59,911 nt of DNA, from positions 1-59,911 of IMG/VR virus record IMGVR_UViG_3300040971_000369; one strand, 5' to 3'. The notes under the pieces were generated by a model. It was not told the DNA's origin. It saw only the letters and a list, made by a program, of their open reading frames with translations, and did not search any database. Made by a program: the position numbers and the translations under genes. Positions within the stretch are counted from its first letter, which is position 1, and the number at the start of each line of letters is the position of its first letter. Below, piece after piece: positions 56,826-59,911 of the stretch. This stretch comes from a virus (Duplodnaviria > Caudoviricetes).

Positions 56826-57527
56826 TCAACCAAATGGTGTCATTATGGCGTTGTTCCAGCTCGATACTCCTGGCGGCAAACTCTCGCCTCCCAGGACGTC
56901 AGTAGCCCACGGATCAACCTCCAGGCCCCATTTTCCTCGGTAGCCAGGATCGACAAACCCGCGCGAAGCCTTCACCTTAGCCTTCAGTTCACGCGCAACG
57001 CGCCGGGACGCATTTGACCAGGTGCGAACACATTTTTTTTTGCCGCACGTCATCCGATTGGACCCGACGATCGTTTCAAACCAGCTTCCGCAGACTGGGC
57101 ATTGTCGATTCTCACGCGGTAAATCCGCGCGGCGTTCATCCTCACGCAGGGCATCAGCCATTTTACGCAGCGCCCGCTGACAGTTTTTTTTGCCGCAAGT
57201 TCGACGCTTACTCCGTTTGCTCGTCACGTACGATTTCAAGCAAATCTCACAGGCGCGTTCTTCCTTGCCCATCGGGGTGCAGTCGCGCTCCCGCTGCAGG
57301 CGTGCCTCCCGTGCACGCTGACAACACGGGGAACACGTCAGTCTTTTGCTGTACTCGATGACGTGAAATACTTTTGGACACTCAGAACACGTCCGGGCTT
57401 CAATAGTCTTGACGCCGCGCTTTTTGCCACACTGTTCCTTGTCCACGACCCTTCGGCAAACAACGCAATATTTACGATTGTAAGCGGAATCCTCAGGCAG
57501 CGCGGTCTGGCAGCGCTCACACTTCAC
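56826..57527 (-). CDS. Multi-zinc-finger protein
   Basis: Four repeated CxxC...C(x2-4)C units. Confidence 0.65.
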   Translation of the reverse strand: MKCERCQTALPEDSAYNRKYCVVCRRVVDKEQCGKKRGVKTIEARTCSECPKVFHVIEYSKRLTCSPCCQRAREARLQRERDCTPMGKEERACEICLKSYVTSKRSKRRTCGKKNCQRALRKMADALREDERRADLPRENRQCPVCGSWFETIVGSNRMTCGKKKCVRTWSNASRRVARELKAKVKASRGFVDPGYRGKWGLEVDPWATDVLGGESLPPGVSSWNNAIMTPFG

Positions 57528-58023
57528 GATGCCCCTCCTGGACTTGGCACGTCCGGCACAGCCGAAATTCCACCGCGACAGACCTCCTGGCTTCAGCCAT
57601 CAGGCCTTCCCAAGGAAGGATCAAACGATCCAAGGCCTGGCGCGCATTGATCGCTGCCCTCCAAACAGACAAGATGTCGGTCACATGCCGCGCCCACTTG
57701 GATGCTTCGACAATCAGCAATGCGATAGCCAGGCCAGGATGAAGCCATGCATCATCCTGCCCAGGCCGTATGGGGCCGTCTCGCTCCACTCCTCTGATGG
57801 CCATAGCGAGCATGATCTCCAGCCGCGCCAGCACGGCCACATACTCCTCGTCAGTGCAGGACAAGGTTTCAGCCAAGCGTTCCCGCGCCGCCAGAACTCC
57901 GGCAGCAGCGTCGATAAGCTGCAACCAAAGCTCATTTGCACCATGGCATCGCACGAATTCCGAATACATGCGGGCGATCTCAGAATACTCGCGCCCACAG
58001 GCATGACACGTTTTCGACGTCAT
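57517..58023 (-). CDS. Phage hypothetical protein
   Basis: Coupled ORF beginning MTSKTCHACG. Confidence 0.55.
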   Translation of the reverse strand: MTSKTCHACGREYSEIARMYSEFVRCHGANELWLQLIDAAAGVLAARERLAETLSCTDEEYVAVLARLEIMLAMAIRGVERDGPIRPGQDDAWLHPGLAIALLIVEASKWARHVTDILSVWRAAINARQALDRLILPWEGLMAEARRSVAVEFRLCRTCQVQEGHREV

Positions 58024-58211
58024 CGTTTCAGCCCTCCCGGCTTTGCTGATCTCTCCAGCCTTTCCACGGTTCTGGCGCGTGAATCTTCGCCCTCGCGCCC
58101 GAAGTAGAGCCCCGCCAGCCGCGACCGCTGCCGATGACGACCGGGTCCCGCAACCAGCATCCACACTACAAACCCAAGCACCAAACCAAGCAGCAGAAAG
58201 AAGCCTTTCAC
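58020..58211 (-). CDS. Small membrane protein
   Basis: GGAGG SD; N-terminal TM; overlaps both neighbours. Confidence 0.55.
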   Translation of the reverse strand: MKGFFLLLGLVLGFVVWMLVAGPGRHRQRSRLAGLYFGREGEDSRARTVERLERSAKPGGLKR

Positions 58212-58396
58212 CGTTCACCTCCAAGGATCTCGCGCGCCCGGGCCACCACCATCCGTCGCTCGCAACTGGAAAGGCTGCTCTGCTTGCGCATGATCAATTC
58301 AGCCTCGTGCAGCACGTCACCCAGGCTCATATTCCGCAGAGAGACGGGCACCCGGTCGCTTTTTGGCGGCGCTGCATTGCTCTTTGACTTCAACAT
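58208..58396 (-). CDS. Small hypothetical protein
   Basis: Stop overlaps the next start codon. Confidence 0.4.
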   Translation of the reverse strand: MLKSKSNAAPPKSDRVPVSLRNMSLGDVLHEAELIMRKQSSLSSCERRMVVARAREILGGER

Positions 58397-58547
58397 GTGC
58401 GCGAGAAGTTCTGACAATCCGACCACCCTCCACCTCCGCAATAATGGTTACGCACCACTCCCGACCCTGCCCGTCGGGTACCAGCCAGGCATTCAACATA
58501 CGCATGCCATCCTTGCGGACGGGCCAAGTCCCGACATTGGCCATCAC
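58317..58547 (-). CDS. Small hypothetical protein
   Basis: Start overlaps the dnaB stop (GTGA). Confidence 0.4.
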   Translation of the reverse strand: MMANVGTWPVRKDGMRMLNAWLVPDGQGREWCVTIIAEVEGGRIVRTSRAHVEVKEQCSAAKKRPGARLSAEYEPG

Positions 58548-59911
58548 ATCCCCTCCGGTCGCTCATGAAAACGCAAAAACGGCCGGACATACGTCAATGG
58601 AACTGTCCCCGTCTGCGACGACCGCCCCTTGGCGATGTCCAGGTCCAGATCAATCTCGTGTCCGACCGTTCTCGGGTCCCAAAAACTCAAAAAAAGAACG
58701 AAATCCGCGTCCTGCTCCAGGCTCCCGGACTCGCGCAAGTGCGAAAGCATGGGCTTGGAATCCTTCTCAGCCTGCCTGCTGAGTTGGCACAGCACCATGA
58801 CCGGCAACTCTTCGCCCAGCGCCAAGCGTTTGATGGCCTTGGAGATGCGGCTTACCTCCTGCTCCCGGTTCGATGCCATGCGGCCGTCCACCGGATCCGA
58901 ATCGAGCAGCTGCAGGTAATCGATGACCAGGAAGTCGAGGCCGCCCATCTGGCGCTTCCAGCTCTTGATGACAGAACGCATGCGCACGGGAGAAAACTCA
59001 GGCTCGTCCCACATGCGGAACGACCGTTGCTCCATCCGCCGGCAAAACTCGTTGATCTTGGTGCGATCATCCGCAGTCAGAGTGCGGTTGCGGAACTTCT
59101 GGGCGTCTATGTCTAAGGCCATAGCGCTCATGCGGCTCATCAGGATCTTGGACCGCATTTCGAGCGAGACAATCCCGATCCGCTTCCCAAGTCCTAAGTT
59201 GTAAAGGCAGGTATTGAGCATGAGGGCCGTCTTGCCGTTGGATGGACGCGCCGCCAGGTACACAAGCTCAGTCGGCATGAACCCGCCGGTCAGCTTCTGG
59301 GCCTTGGGAAACGGCAGCGCCATGCCCTCCTGCTCGTCCACGACTCGGTCCAGCCAATCCTGATAGTCGCGCACGATCTCACGCGGCTGCTGCCGCCCCG
59401 TGTCGAGCTTGTCGGCCAGCACGCCATCCACCAGGTCCGAAGCGCCTGCGGCCACGTCATGCACGTCACCTGTCGGATTGGCCGCGGCCATGAACAGCTC
59501 CGTTGACAGTTGCATGATCCGTCGGCGCCGGGCCGTATCGCGTACGGTCGCGGCCCAGTACGAGACATTGCCTGAATAGGGATGTTCCAGGAGTGAAGCC
59601 AAGTACACGGTGCCGCCCACACCATCCAACTCGCCTGAGGTCTGTAGCGCGGATGCCAAGGACACAACATCCACAATGTCATGGGAGTCGGCCATTCGGA
59701 GGATGGCCTTGAACAAAACCTGATGCTGGGGAAAGTAAAAGTCCTCAGGCCGCACGTAGGGACGTACATCCTCCAAGCGCTCGGACCTGAGAATGCACGT
59801 ACCAATTAGGGCCTGCTCGGCGCCCCTGTCATGTGGAGGCGTGGTCTTGACAACGGATGGCAGCGAAATCTGAGGAGGCCCCGAATGAGACCTGTTCTTC
59901 GGGCGGTTCAT
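58544..59911 (-). CDS. dnaB: Replicative DNA helicase (phage-encoded)
   Basis: AEQALIG, AARPSNGKT, SLEM, IDYLQL, QLSR, LRESGSLEQDAD. Confidence 0.95.
   Translation of the reverse strand: MNRPKNRSHSGPPQISLPSVVKTTPPHDRGAEQALIGTCILRSERLEDVRPYVRPEDFYFPQHQVLFKAILRMADSHDIVDVVSLASALQTSGELDGVGGTVYLASLLEHPYSGNVSYWAATVRDTARRRRIMQLSTELFMAAANPTGDVHDVAAGASDLVDGVLADKLDTGRQQPREIVRDYQDWLDRVVDEQEGMALPFPKAQKLTGGFMPTELVYLAARPSNGKTALMLNTCLYNLGLGKRIGIVSLEMRSKILMSRMSAMALDIDAQKFRNRTLTADDRTKINEFCRRMEQRSFRMWDEPEFSPVRMRSVIKSWKRQMGGLDFLVIDYLQLLDSDPVDGRMASNREQEVSRISKAIKRLALGEELPVMVLCQLSRQAEKDSKPMLSHLRESGSLEQDADFVLFLSFWDPRTVGHEIDLDLDIAKGRSSQTGTVPLTYVRPFLRFHERPEGM

Larger units (their letters stand above)
1693..59911. 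mobile_element. Prophage (podovirus-like, N4-gp56-type capsid) plus defence cargo island, integrated at tRNA-Arg; right end outside the window
   Basis: att fragment, integrase, and packaging, head, tail, lysis and replication modules. Confidence 0.9.

Overview
The window begins with a host sigma-54 activator gene (frameshifted at the left edge). Next comes the displaced 3' half of a tRNA-Arg(CCG) with its terminator, which marks the att boundary of an integrated element running off the right edge. The element has three parts. (i) A tyrosine integrase / excisionase / Cro-CI-like module (1.9-4.8 kb). (ii) An ~17.5 kb AT-rich defence/cargo island: a DGQHR + HEPN-like pair, three more HEPN-like genes, a PD-(D/E)XK-like gene, an HNH nuclease, a C-protein-controlled type II R-M system with a BamHI-family endonuclease, and a run of decayed integron gene cassettes with recognisable attC sites. 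(iii) A GC-rich podovirus-like prophage on the minus strand: DnaB, replication protein O with iterons, serine recombinase, terminase, portal, scaffold, N4-gp56-type capsid, lysis genes, tail fibres, ejection proteins and a 3000-aa polyvalent protein. The most striking signal is inside the polyvalent-protein gene. It carries three 56-59-codon nested ORFs in the +1 frame, each with a strong Shine-Dalgarno sequence and placed at an effector-domain boundary; in one case a duplicated segment shows substitutions synonymous in the nested frame. It also carries two copies of an antisense ~80-nt structured RNA with a sigma70-like promoter and covarying stems, one after the PBECR-like nuclease domain and one after the ART domain. 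Together these suggest a toxin array that encodes its own antidotes within its coding sequence (inference, untested). All family assignments are from motif recognition; no database searches were run.
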